Of a stretch of DNA of 32,000 bases, positions 23,997 through 31,874 are shown in pieces; within the stretch, counting starts at the first letter, position 1, and every line of letters begins with the position of its first letter. This DNA is from Candidatus Paracaedimonas acanthamoebae. Lineage in GTDB: Bacteria > Pseudomonadota > Alphaproteobacteria > Caedimonadales > Caedimonadaceae. The stretch lies in contig CP008938.1 in assembly GCA_000743035.1 (NCBI GenBank), positions 39,043 through 71,042 of the forward strand, in the 5' to 3' direction. The notes beneath the pieces were generated by a model that was not told the origin of the DNA, did not search any database, and saw only the letters and a program-made list of their open reading frames with translations. Both the position numbers and the translations under genes were made by a program.

Positions 23997-24152
23997 TACC
24001 TTAAGTACAATCTACTTAAAAGCTGTAATTAAGTAGATTGTACTTATAGGTGTTTTTCGCTTTCTTACGTAGTCTGACCCTAATAAGGCGCATGCCTGAT
24101 TAAGAAGCATCATAAAGCTTCTTTTGTTTATCACATATTTAAGGAGAATTAC
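23997..24152 (+). promoter_or_regulatory. Leader/promoter module copy 2, in the divergent intergenic region between the STAND gene and the coiled-coil/patatin operon
   Basis: Boxes TAAGTAcaatcTACTTA (24002-24018) and TAAGTAgattgTACTTA (24030-24046) together form an 18-bp-arm inverted repeat. Conserved ctaataaggcgcatgcctgattaagaagcat. Hairpin 24102-24123. RBS aaggaga. Confidence 0.7.
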
Positions 24153-24872
24153 ATGAAATTAAAATACTTAATGATTACAACTTCAATTCTACTAGGTACT
24201 GGCCAAGTATTTGCAAGTTCACACTTTGATGCTGAAGCTGAAGAATCTTATCGAAGCCAATCAAGAACCAGAAGCACAGAGTCAAGATCTTATATGGAAT
24301 ATGACATTAAAGAACTTGAAGCACTTGCTCAAAAACTAGCCGTTATAAAAAAAATTAAGGAAACAGAAGCCGAACTTCCTCTGATAGCAGCTTTAGCTTC
24401 TGATAGAATTAAAGAAATAAAATATAGAGAAGAGAAAAGGGAAGAAGAGCTGCAGCAGCAAAAAATAAATACTGAAGGAATTCGTAATAAAATTGAACAA
24501 GATAAAATAATAGCATTCAACAAAAGCAAAATGGAGGCAGCACAAATACAAGCAAAAGTAATCAGCATTTTGAGTGAAACAGAGGTAAAGGTAGAAGGTA
24601 AGAGAATTGCTAATATGCGGAAAGCACGCAAGTTGCAAATGGATAAGGTAATATCAGAAGAAAGCATGGTTGGTACTCTATGGAGTGGTCTTTTTGGGAG
24701 AAAAATTGAGGATGGTGATATTTATGGTCAAATAGCAGCAGATAGAGAGAGTCAAGCCAAAGAGAAAAAGAAAATGCAAGAATATTTTTCGGGAATGTTG
24801 TCAATAGAGGCCCCTCAGAAAACTATTGGATCAATTACAAGATCAGGCCCTCGTATTGAAGAGTTAGATTAA
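24153..24872 (+). CDS. Secreted coiled-coil protein (239 aa), first gene of a three-gene operon
   Basis: Signal MKLKYLMITTSILLGTGQVFASS. Charged heptad-like sequence (EEKREEELQQQK...). Strong RBS. Confidence 0.75.
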   Translation: MKLKYLMITTSILLGTGQVFASSHFDAEAEESYRSQSRTRSTESRSYMEYDIKELEALAQKLAVIKKIKETEAELPLIAALASDRIKEIKYREEKREEELQQQKINTEGIRNKIEQDKIIAFNKSKMEAAQIQAKVISILSETEVKVEGKRIANMRKARKLQMDKVISEESMVGTLWSGLFGRKIEDGDIYGQIAADRESQAKEKKKMQEYFSGMLSIEAPQKTIGSITRSGPRIEELD

Positions 24873-24881
24873 GGTATAGTC

Positions 24882-25589
24882 ATGAAGGTAATATATAATA
24901 TTCTTAAATGCGCCCTTATATGTATATGTCTTCATGGTTTTTGGTCTTTCAGTTCATTAGCCAGTAATCCGGCTGATGAACTGGAATTATTTGGCCAGAA
25001 ACACAGACGTTGGGTAAATAGGGGTCGAAACCAGGCTTCACAACCCTTAAAGGGCAAAAAAGACAATCATCAAGAAGAATTAAGAAGAATTAAAAAAGAT
25101 TTGATGACGAGATTGTTAAGTGTCTCTCAAGAAATTCTTGAGCAAAAAATAAGTGAAAATCATTTTACCCCAACACAACGAAATGTTGAGACATTACTTA
25201 CATACGACCTACAACAGCTCAAATCTATATTAACTTACGAAGAGGAAAGGACAAAAATTATATTAAGTATTTTAAAGCAGAGGAATATATTCATAGATAT
25301 AAAAGAGCAAGAAGAACAAATTCATTTTCAAGTTCTTTTAAGGGAGCAAATGGAAAATGCTTGTAAATTTTATCAAAAGAAATTCGAGATGTATAAAACA
25401 AGATGTGAAGAGCAAGAAAAGAGAATTCAATCACAAATGATGCGAATTTTAAAGACTGAAGCTAGCAAGTTACTTAGTAATGTTCACACGAAAATGTTAG
25501 AAGTTGAAGTTGATAATCTTAGGGAAGAGATAAAATCAAAAGAAAAAATAATTGAAGAGCATGACAAAAGCAATTGCTTGTTACAATAG
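24882..25589 (+). CDS. Signal-peptide/membrane-anchored coiled-coil protein (235 aa)
   Basis: Starts 9 nt after the upstream stop. N-terminus MKVIYNILKCALICICLHGFWSFSSLAS. The remainder is Glu/Lys/Gln-rich helical sequence. Confidence 0.72.
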   Translation: MKVIYNILKCALICICLHGFWSFSSLASNPADELELFGQKHRRWVNRGRNQASQPLKGKKDNHQEELRRIKKDLMTRLLSVSQEILEQKISENHFTPTQRNVETLLTYDLQQLKSILTYEEERTKIILSILKQRNIFIDIKEQEEQIHFQVLLREQMENACKFYQKKFEMYKTRCEEQEKRIQSQMMRILKTEASKLLSNVHTKMLEVEVDNLREEIKSKEKIIEEHDKSNCLLQ

Positions 25590-25606
25590 AAATTAGGAGT
25601 ATTATT

Positions 25607-27292
25607 ATGAAAAATATTCATATTGTTAAATATTGTATGGTTTTACCATGTATAATATTAAATTTATATCATCCTGCGAGATCTTCGGGAGTGCCTAAGA
25701 TGGATATTGAATCATATCGCCCTAACTTAACAATTAATTACTTTAATATAAATACAAGCTTAGAGCAGCTTGAGGGCCAACGAAAAAGGCTAGAAGAGCA
25801 ATACCAAATGGCTTTAGATGAAAACCATAAAACTATATCTCTGTTAGAGAGAGAAGATAAAGAAAAAGAGGCACAGTTTCAAAGCAAACTTAATGAGCTT
25901 CGTAAGGAAACTCAAGAATATTATAGAAAAAGTATGTTTTTAAAAAGTGATAGGCAACAAAGAGAAGCAGAGCAACAAAGGAAACTCTTGCGTGTGAGAG
26001 ATTATGCTGAAAAAATAATAACTATTAGTCAAGATGAGGTAGATCAAACCAAAAGCATCCTTGATAATTTAGAGCAGCGCCTACAGATAGAGACTTATTT
26101 AAGTCCTTCTCTTATTTCTCCTATAGAAAACTTGAAAAGAATATTGGTCGGGACTAACCCTATTGATGCTAATCCTACTGCCCTTGTGAGACAAATAAAA
26201 TACAAAACACACCAACAAAGAGACCAAATCTTAGAAGAATATGAAGATCTGGAATTAGATTTTCGAAGAAATAGTGTTAAAAGCCTTGAGAGACCCTTCT
26301 ATTATGGTCTGTCCTTAGATGGGGGCGGTATTAGAGGGTTAAATCTTTGTCTCTGCTTGGAAGAAATAGAAAGGGTTACAGGTAAAAAAATAGCCGAATT
26401 ATTTGATTTTATAGGAGGGACATCGATTGGGGGGATTATAGCTCTAGGGCTAACTATAGGAGAATATCAAAGCCCCTACTATTCTGCTAATCATTTTAGT
26501 GAGCTATTATACAATCATAGCAAGAATATTTTCCCAAGGGAAAAAAAATTAGATCTAGTAACAAGCACATTCTATACGTTTAAAGATCTTTTCTGGTCAG
26601 CTCGTTATTCTGCGGCTCCTTTACGAGGTTTATTAGAGAGTTCCTTTTACGAAGCGCGTCTAAGCCAGGCTATTAAGCCTGTCCTTACAACAGCAGTTCA
26701 TGCAGTTGACAATTCTCTACTTTTTAAAAGAGCACAGACTTTTGAAAGCTTGGAAGCACTTGCAGATGACAATAATGATTTCTTAATTGTTGACGTTGGA
26801 CTTGCAACTTCTGCGGCTCCAACTTTTTTCCCTGCAGCTGAAGTATGGAATATCAAACGCACTAGAGCAATGAATCTTGTGGATGGCGGACTATGGTATA
26901 ATAATCCTTCACAATTAGTTTATAATAGAATGATGAATCATTTTAACTGTAGTGTTGAAAATATGATGCTAGTTTCGATAGGAACTGGAAAAGCATCAGG
27001 AGCTTCTAGCTCAGCTTTACCTAAAAGTGCTTCTTTGCTAAGGGCAGCTAAACCTACTATTGAGGCTATGATAATGGCCAATACCGAAGGTGTGCATGAA
27101 GAAATGTCTAGAATAAAAAACTTGAATTATCATAGAATTCAGCCGTTCTTAGAAAGAGATATTCAATTAGACGATGCTTCAGAGGATGCTTTAGAAGTCC
27201 TTAAGCTTGCTGCTGCAAGCCAATATAGAGAGATTAAGCCAATAGCAAAAACCTTATTAAAAAACTACGATTTTAAGAAGGATATATTATAA
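25607..27292 (+). CDS. Patatin-like phospholipase with hydrophobic N-terminus and ~230-aa coiled-coil extension
   Basis: GLSLDGGGIRG (oxyanion hole), GGTSIGG (GxSxG nucleophile), LVDGGLWYNNP (catalytic Asp). The start is set at ATG 25607 behind an AGGAG RBS. The listed 25574 start overlaps the upstream gene. Confidence 0.88.
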   Translation: MKNIHIVKYCMVLPCIILNLYHPARSSGVPKMDIESYRPNLTINYFNINTSLEQLEGQRKRLEEQYQMALDENHKTISLLEREDKEKEAQFQSKLNELRKETQEYYRKSMFLKSDRQQREAEQQRKLLRVRDYAEKIITISQDEVDQTKSILDNLEQRLQIETYLSPSLISPIENLKRILVGTNPIDANPTALVRQIKYKTHQQRDQILEEYEDLELDFRRNSVKSLERPFYYGLSLDGGGIRGLNLCLCLEEIERVTGKKIAELFDFIGGTSIGGIIALGLTIGEYQSPYYSANHFSELLYNHSKNIFPREKKLDLVTSTFYTFKDLFWSARYSAAPLRGLLESSFYEARLSQAIKPVLTTAVHAVDNSLLFKRAQTFESLEALADDNNDFLIVDVGLATSAAPTFFPAAEVWNIKRTRAMNLVDGGLWYNNPSQLVYNRMMNHFNCSVENMMLVSIGTGKASGASSSALPKSASLLRAAKPTIEAMIMANTEGVHEEMSRIKNLNYHRIQPFLERDIQLDDASEDALEVLKLAAASQYREIKPIAKTLLKNYDFKKDIL

Positions 27293-27382
27293 TTTAATTC
27301 TGATCTTGCTACATTAAAACATACGCAGAGAATTGAGATAGGTTAATGTTATTGAAAGAAGAGAACATGGACTTCACCCGAT

Positions 27383-27532
27383 TTAGAGGACAGGTTCTTC
27401 CAATGTGAGCGCCCTTCTTTCAAACTCTTTTGGAGACATGTATTCCAAAGTTGAATGAATCTTTTTCCAGGAAGAAACTATAAGGGCCTTGTGACGGAGC
27501 ATTGTACCTTTTCTTTTACAGATCTTGGCTTC
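27383..27532 (-). pseudogene. 3'-terminal remnant of an older IS3-family transposase (OrfB C-terminus)
   Basis: The open frame encodes ...KALIVSSWKKIHSTLEYMSPKEFERRALTLEEPVL*, which fits the conserved IS3 OrfB C-terminal H-x-x-L-x-Y-x-S-P-x-x-F-E motif. It is truncated upstream about 16 nt from the intact IS3 end. Confidence 0.6.
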
Positions 27533-27578
27533 TTAAATGGAGGGGCAATGAGTGCGGCTTGGGGTGTCCAGCCCCCGA

Positions 27579-28460
27579 TTAAAGATCCAGATTTAAGTTT
27601 GTATTTTGGTTAGTATTTCCTCCATTATTATAGGTATGAATCTTTTGGTTTTGTGTTTGTGTATTTGAAGAGCGGATGCGGGCAAGAGGAGCTGGAGGTT
27701 TATATCCTAATGATGAGTGAGGTCTTATATGATTATAATGCTGCCGCCATTCTTCTATAAGCACTTGAGCTTCTTTTAGACTATAAAATACTTCTCCATT
27801 GAGAAGTTCATCTCTCAATTTTCCATTAAAGCTTTCATTGTAGCCATTCTCCCAAGGTGAACCTGGCTCTATGTAAGCTGTCTTAACATTTAAGCTCTTG
27901 AGCCACTCTTTAAGAATTTGGGCTTTAAACTCACTGCCATTATCGGAGCGAATATGCTCAGGGATCCCTTCTTGAATAAATAAATCACTTAAGATATCGA
28001 GAATATCATTTGATGTTAAGTGATACCCAACCCTGATAGCTAAACATTTCCTTGTATATTCATCTATGACTGTGAGAAGTCGGATCTTTTTGCCATTTGC
28101 AAGGCGTTCCGCCACAAAATCATAACTCCAAACATGATTCGGCCAGCAAGGTTTTAACCTCAAACAAGAACCATCATTAAGATAGAGTCTTCCTTTTTTG
28201 GACTGTCTTTGTGGTACTTTAAGACCTTCTTCTCGCCAAATACGTTCAACCCTCTTATGATTGATATGCCAGCCTTCTATTTTAAGCAGAGCATGAATCC
28301 GACGATAACCATATCTTCCATAACGAGTTGTTAACCTAATAATAGCTGCTCTTAACGCTTCCTCATCATCTTCTTGTTTAGAGCAATATCTCAGCACCGA
28401 ACGATGAATCTCCAAAACCTCACAGACACGCCTTTGGGAGATCCCAAACTTCTGTTGCAT
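27579..28460 (-). CDS. IS3-family transposase OrfB (rve/DDE integrase core), expressed as an OrfAB fusion by -1 frameshift
   Basis: WSYDFV...LTVIDEYTR...[10 protein letters not shown]...[20 protein letters not shown]...[12 protein letters not shown]. The OrfB frame is open upstream to the slippery site and is -1 relative to orfA. Confidence 0.92.
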   Translation of the reverse strand: MQQKFGISQRRVCEVLEIHRSVLRYCSKQEDDEEALRAAIIRLTTRYGRYGYRRIHALLKIEGWHINHKRVERIWREEGLKVPQRQSKKGRLYLNDGSCLRLKPCWPNHVWSYDFVAERLANGKKIRLLTVIDEYTRKCLAIRVGYHLTSNDILDILSDLFIQEGIPEHIRSDNGSEFKAQILKEWLKSLNVKTAYIEPGSPWENGYNESFNGKLRDELLNGEVFYSLKEAQVLIEEWRQHYNHIRPHSSLGYKPPAPLARIRSSNTQTQNQKIHTYNNGGNTNQNTNLNLDL

Positions 28461-28492
28461 CTTAATGGCACATTGCCGCTGTCGCTCGGTGC

Positions 28493-28768
28493 TTAAAAGT
28501 TTCCCTCTGCAGCTTCTTTCAATATAAGCTTATCCAAAGTAAGATCGGCAACAGCTCTTTTTAACCGAGCATTCTCTCGCTCAAGCTCCTTAAGCCTTCT
28601 TGCTTGATTAACCTTCAAGCCCCCATAAACCTTACGCCATTTATAATAAGTTGCATCCGAGATCCCTAATTGACGACACACCTCAATGATACTCTTGCCT
28701 TGAGATAACAAAACATTACTCTGGCGTAATAACCCTATAATTTGCTCCGCTCCATAGCTCTTCTTCAT
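28493..28768 (-). CDS. IS3-family transposase OrfA (HTH)
   Basis: [16 protein letters not shown]...[21 protein letters not shown]...[18 protein letters not shown] (HTH plus leucine zipper). The start is set at the second ATG behind a GGAGGAGG RBS. The slippery G_GGA_AAC lies at 28499-28505, in frame 0, just before the stop. Confidence 0.9.
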   Translation of the reverse strand: MKKSYGAEQIIGLLRQSNVLLSQGKSIIEVCRQLGISDATYYKWRKVYGGLKVNQARRLKELERENARLKRAVADLTLDKLILKEAAEGNF

Positions 28769-29510
28769 AATAGCCTCCTCCATTCAATCAATCTCGCTAT
28801 ACTAACTAAAAACTGGAGCTATTATAGGGAGGAAGGTCACTTTTAATCTTGTTTAGATTTTGTACCATCATTATAATCTCCATTGTCATCAGTGTTATTG
28901 ACAAACCTGAGAGAGGTAGCCGCCTCTCTTAGGTCTTTCATAAGAAGATCACCGTGATCTTCTTATTTTGTTGCTGCTCAAAACTTTTGGTCTCTTGCAG
29001 TAACACCTTGATCATGCGAGATTATTTAGCTGTAAAATATTAGGGAAATATTCGTAAGGGGAATACCCTTAAGGGTATTAAAATTTGGCTTGTTTGATGC
29101 CTAATAGTCAGGCATCCTAGCTTAAATATAGATTTTTATGTAAAAATACGGTTTTGATACTGTGTTAAGGATCAAGTATTATTCTTAAGGGTTTGAGGGT
29201 TAAAGGCTGTTTTATATTTCAGCACCCCGAAGCATATGTGAAAAAGCTTTCTTATATTTGGTCTCCAAGTCTACTCCCTTATCTCAAAGTTGGAGTAGAA
29301 CCAGAAAACTAACTCCAGGCTAATTATTAAAATTTATAGTTAACTTTAAGGCAATTAAAATGTATTTCTTGTTGCCTAGGTAATTAAATAGTTATGATTT
29401 ATCCTAAAAGAACCTGCAATCGTACTTAATTGCAGTATACCTGAGAACCGAGATTTAATTACTAATTATTTAATTATAAATAAAATAAGTTAGCGTATGG
29501 AGAACTTGAG

Positions 29511-30803
29511 TTGAAAATACATTTTTTCATGTCTTTGTCTTTTATTTTTCTTTCACTCAATACTTGTGTTTATGGATCAATTGACTTAACGGAATATATC
29601 CCAAAACCTAAAGTACGCCACATAACAAGACATACTCCTCAAGCAAAATTACAGAAGAGTTACAAAAAAATGCGCAAAAATATGCATCTTGATGAATTAA
29701 AAGAGCGTGCTGAAAATTTTAAAGAGCGTATTTATGACCCTGTTGATATGGATAATATTGGAGATCAGACAGAGTACATCTCTACTTTAAGAGATTTAAA
29801 AAAGAGGTTAGATAAAGTTCATCCTATTTTAGTACCTTACTTTGAAGATCACATAGACGAAATAGATAATAGGCTGGATTTAGCAAGACTTGACGTGCAA
29901 ATTTTTAATAGAAGAGGGGTGCGAGGAAGTTTTAATCACCCGCTCATCCCACAAAATGTCCAAACTTCTTTGAGTAGCATTGTAGGAAAGATTTTTCACA
30001 TAACTCAAGAAGAGGAGGAACCAGAGGATGTCATGGATATTGGCAGTGGTATAATGGTTAAGCTCACAAATGGGAAGCCTTCCAATATTAAAAATGGTGA
30101 TATACTAAATGGTGTTATGTCATGCGCCCATGTTTTTGAAGCAGGAGATGATGAACATTTAGTCGGTGTTTATTTTGTCGCTCATGAGCATCTCAATCCA
30201 ATAACAGGGTTGCCAGAAGACCAAATAAATCCTGTCAATTCAGCACAAAACTTAATGCAATATTTAAGAACAAATCCAAATTCATATGAAATTAATCTTT
30301 ACAGTATTAAAAGAAGAACAAACCCTATTTCTATAATTGAAGGAAATAATGTAAATGCCACCAATCCTCAATATTGGAGCAATGAAGACATTATTTTTGG
30401 AACATTTAAAACAGTAGCGCATCTTTATAGTCACAATACGAGAATTAAGTTTAATACCATTACAGCTGATACCCCCTTCAAAATAACAAAAAGAAGAAAG
30501 CCTTATTTTGCAGCAGGGTACCCAGGGTGCTCACACTATAATAAAAGGAAATTTAAAGGAGATGCCAATTATTCTCTTATAAAGGAAATAGGCTTATCTC
30601 CACTTCATATAACCTCTGCTTTGCCTAAGTATCACAAAGGAGTTTTAAAAAGGCCACTTCTAAAGGATGGAAGAATCCTACATGAGGCTCCTGCTGCAAA
30701 AGGAATGAGTGGCGGCCCGCTTTTTAGAGTTAAGAATACAAAAGTAAAAATATTTGGCTGTATAACTTCGGGAGAAGATGGAGAAGAAGAAGGTTGTTAT
30801 TAA
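29511..30803 (+). CDS. Secreted trypsin-like (S1-type) serine protease with ~170-aa N-terminal extension
   Basis: TTG start behind a GGAGAA RBS. Signal MKIHFFMSLSFIFLSLNTCVYGS. Triad candidates His in MSCAHVFE, Asp in NEDIIFG and Ser in KGMSGGPLF. Acidic C-terminal tail. Confidence 0.78.
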   Translation: MKIHFFMSLSFIFLSLNTCVYGSIDLTEYIPKPKVRHITRHTPQAKLQKSYKKMRKNMHLDELKERAENFKERIYDPVDMDNIGDQTEYISTLRDLKKRLDKVHPILVPYFEDHIDEIDNRLDLARLDVQIFNRRGVRGSFNHPLIPQNVQTSLSSIVGKIFHITQEEEEPEDVMDIGSGIMVKLTNGKPSNIKNGDILNGVMSCAHVFEAGDDEHLVGVYFVAHEHLNPITGLPEDQINPVNSAQNLMQYLRTNPNSYEINLYSIKRRTNPISIIEGNNVNATNPQYWSNEDIIFGTFKTVAHLYSHNTRIKFNTITADTPFKITKRRKPYFAAGYPGCSHYNKRKFKGDANYSLIKEIGLSPLHITSALPKYHKGVLKRPLLKDGRILHEAPAAKGMSGGPLFRVKNTKVKIFGCITSGEDGEEEGCY

Positions 30804-30866
30804 TTAAATTATTTTTTATCATAAATTAGTTTTTAACATTTTATTGTTAAATGAAAGGAAGAGCAA

Positions 30867-31139
30867 ATGAACAAATTATTTTTATTAGCGGTATTATCTT
30901 TATTTGCTATTAATGATGGTTCAGCAAGTGAGCAAAAATATGAAAATCTTGAAGACCTACAAAAGTCTGGTTATCCAAAGCTTGAATCCATAGCACAAGG
31001 ATCAAAACCTAATAAGTTGGAGATTCAGGAAACTGAGTATACAAAAGAAGAATTGCGGAAAGAACGTAAATCAAACCTTAAAATTGCAGAAAAAAGGTTA
31101 GGCTTAAAAAAGAAGACAAATAAAGTAAGAAGGAAGTAA
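30867..31139 (+). CDS. Small secreted basic protein (90 aa)
   Basis: RBS aaaggaag. Signal MNKLFLLAVLSLFAINDGSAS. Lys/Arg-rich C-terminus. No known motif. Confidence 0.6.
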   Translation: MNKLFLLAVLSLFAINDGSASEQKYENLEDLQKSGYPKLESIAQGSKPNKLEIQETEYTKEELRKERKSNLKIAEKRLGLKKKTNKVRRK

Positions 31140-31283
31140 TTTCCTTTATACACTCTATGGCGTTGGGGCACAAATTAGGATGAGAAAGTATGTTCTTGCA
31201 GCTTCTGTTGTAATAAGGAAATATGGAACTCTTTAAATTTTGGACAAAGTTGGATTATAGATATTATATATGCAATGTTCGAG

Positions 31284-31844
31284 TTAATTACCTCTCAAAT
31301 ATTGATACAAAGTCTCTCGACTAATATTAAGCTCTTTTGCAATGGCTGATTTACTGTGTCCTTGAGAAACCTTCTCCTTAAGCTCTGTTATGGCTTCTTC
31401 TGTCAGCTTTTTCTTCCTTCCTTTATAAAGTCCTTTTTGCTTGGCAAGATAAATGCCTTCTAATTGACGCTCTCTGATAAGGGCGCGCTCAAACTCTCCA
31501 AAAGCGCCCATGACGGAGAGAAGAAGCTTGGCCATTGGGGAGTCCTCACCTGTAAAGACTAACTGCTCTTTCTCAAATCGAATACCTATCCCCTTCTCTG
31601 TTAAACCTTTTACAAGCTCCCTTAAATCATCAAGATTACGAGCTAATCGATCCATGCTATGGACAACAATCGTATCTCCGTCTCTTGCATAGTGAAGAAG
31701 TTCTTCTAATCCAGGTCTTTTGGTATCTTTTCCTGATGCTTTATCAGTGAAAACTTTATCAAGAGGGATTCCATCGAGTTGTCGTTCTGTATTTTGGCCA
31801 AAGCTGCTGACGCGGATATAGCCAAGTATTTTACCTTTAGACAT
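31284..31844 (-). CDS. Serine recombinase (resolvase/invertase family)
   Basis: ILGYIRVSSFGQNTERQ (catalytic Ser), DTIVVHSMDRLARN, GEFERALIRERQ, and C-terminal HTH SAIAKELNISRETLYQYL. Confidence 0.92.
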   Translation of the reverse strand: MSKGKILGYIRVSSFGQNTERQLDGIPLDKVFTDKASGKDTKRPGLEELLHYARDGDTIVVHSMDRLARNLDDLRELVKGLTEKGIGIRFEKEQLVFTGEDSPMAKLLLSVMGAFGEFERALIRERQLEGIYLAKQKGLYKGRKKKLTEEAITELKEKVSQGHSKSAIAKELNISRETLYQYLRGN

Positions 31845-31874
31845 AATAATCCTTTTTATGATAAATAAACAAAA

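Larger units (their letters stand above)
27549..28839 (-). mobile_element. IS3-family insertion sequence (orfA/orfB with -1 frameshift). The boundaries are approximate.
   Basis: TGA...TCA termini were chosen at 27549 and 28839, giving ~1.29 kb. The terminal inverted repeats are poor by eye (shared TGA and CTGGA/TCCAG only) and no clear target duplication is visible. Confidence 0.6.

Noticed and set aside
24329-24804. Three antisense ORFs (24329..24667, 24393..24638 and 24610..24804) opposite the first coiled-coil gene.
   Set aside because: They are mirror-image artefacts of a purine-rich, low-complexity coiled-coil coding sequence. Only the plus-strand gene has an RBS, a signal peptide and operon context.
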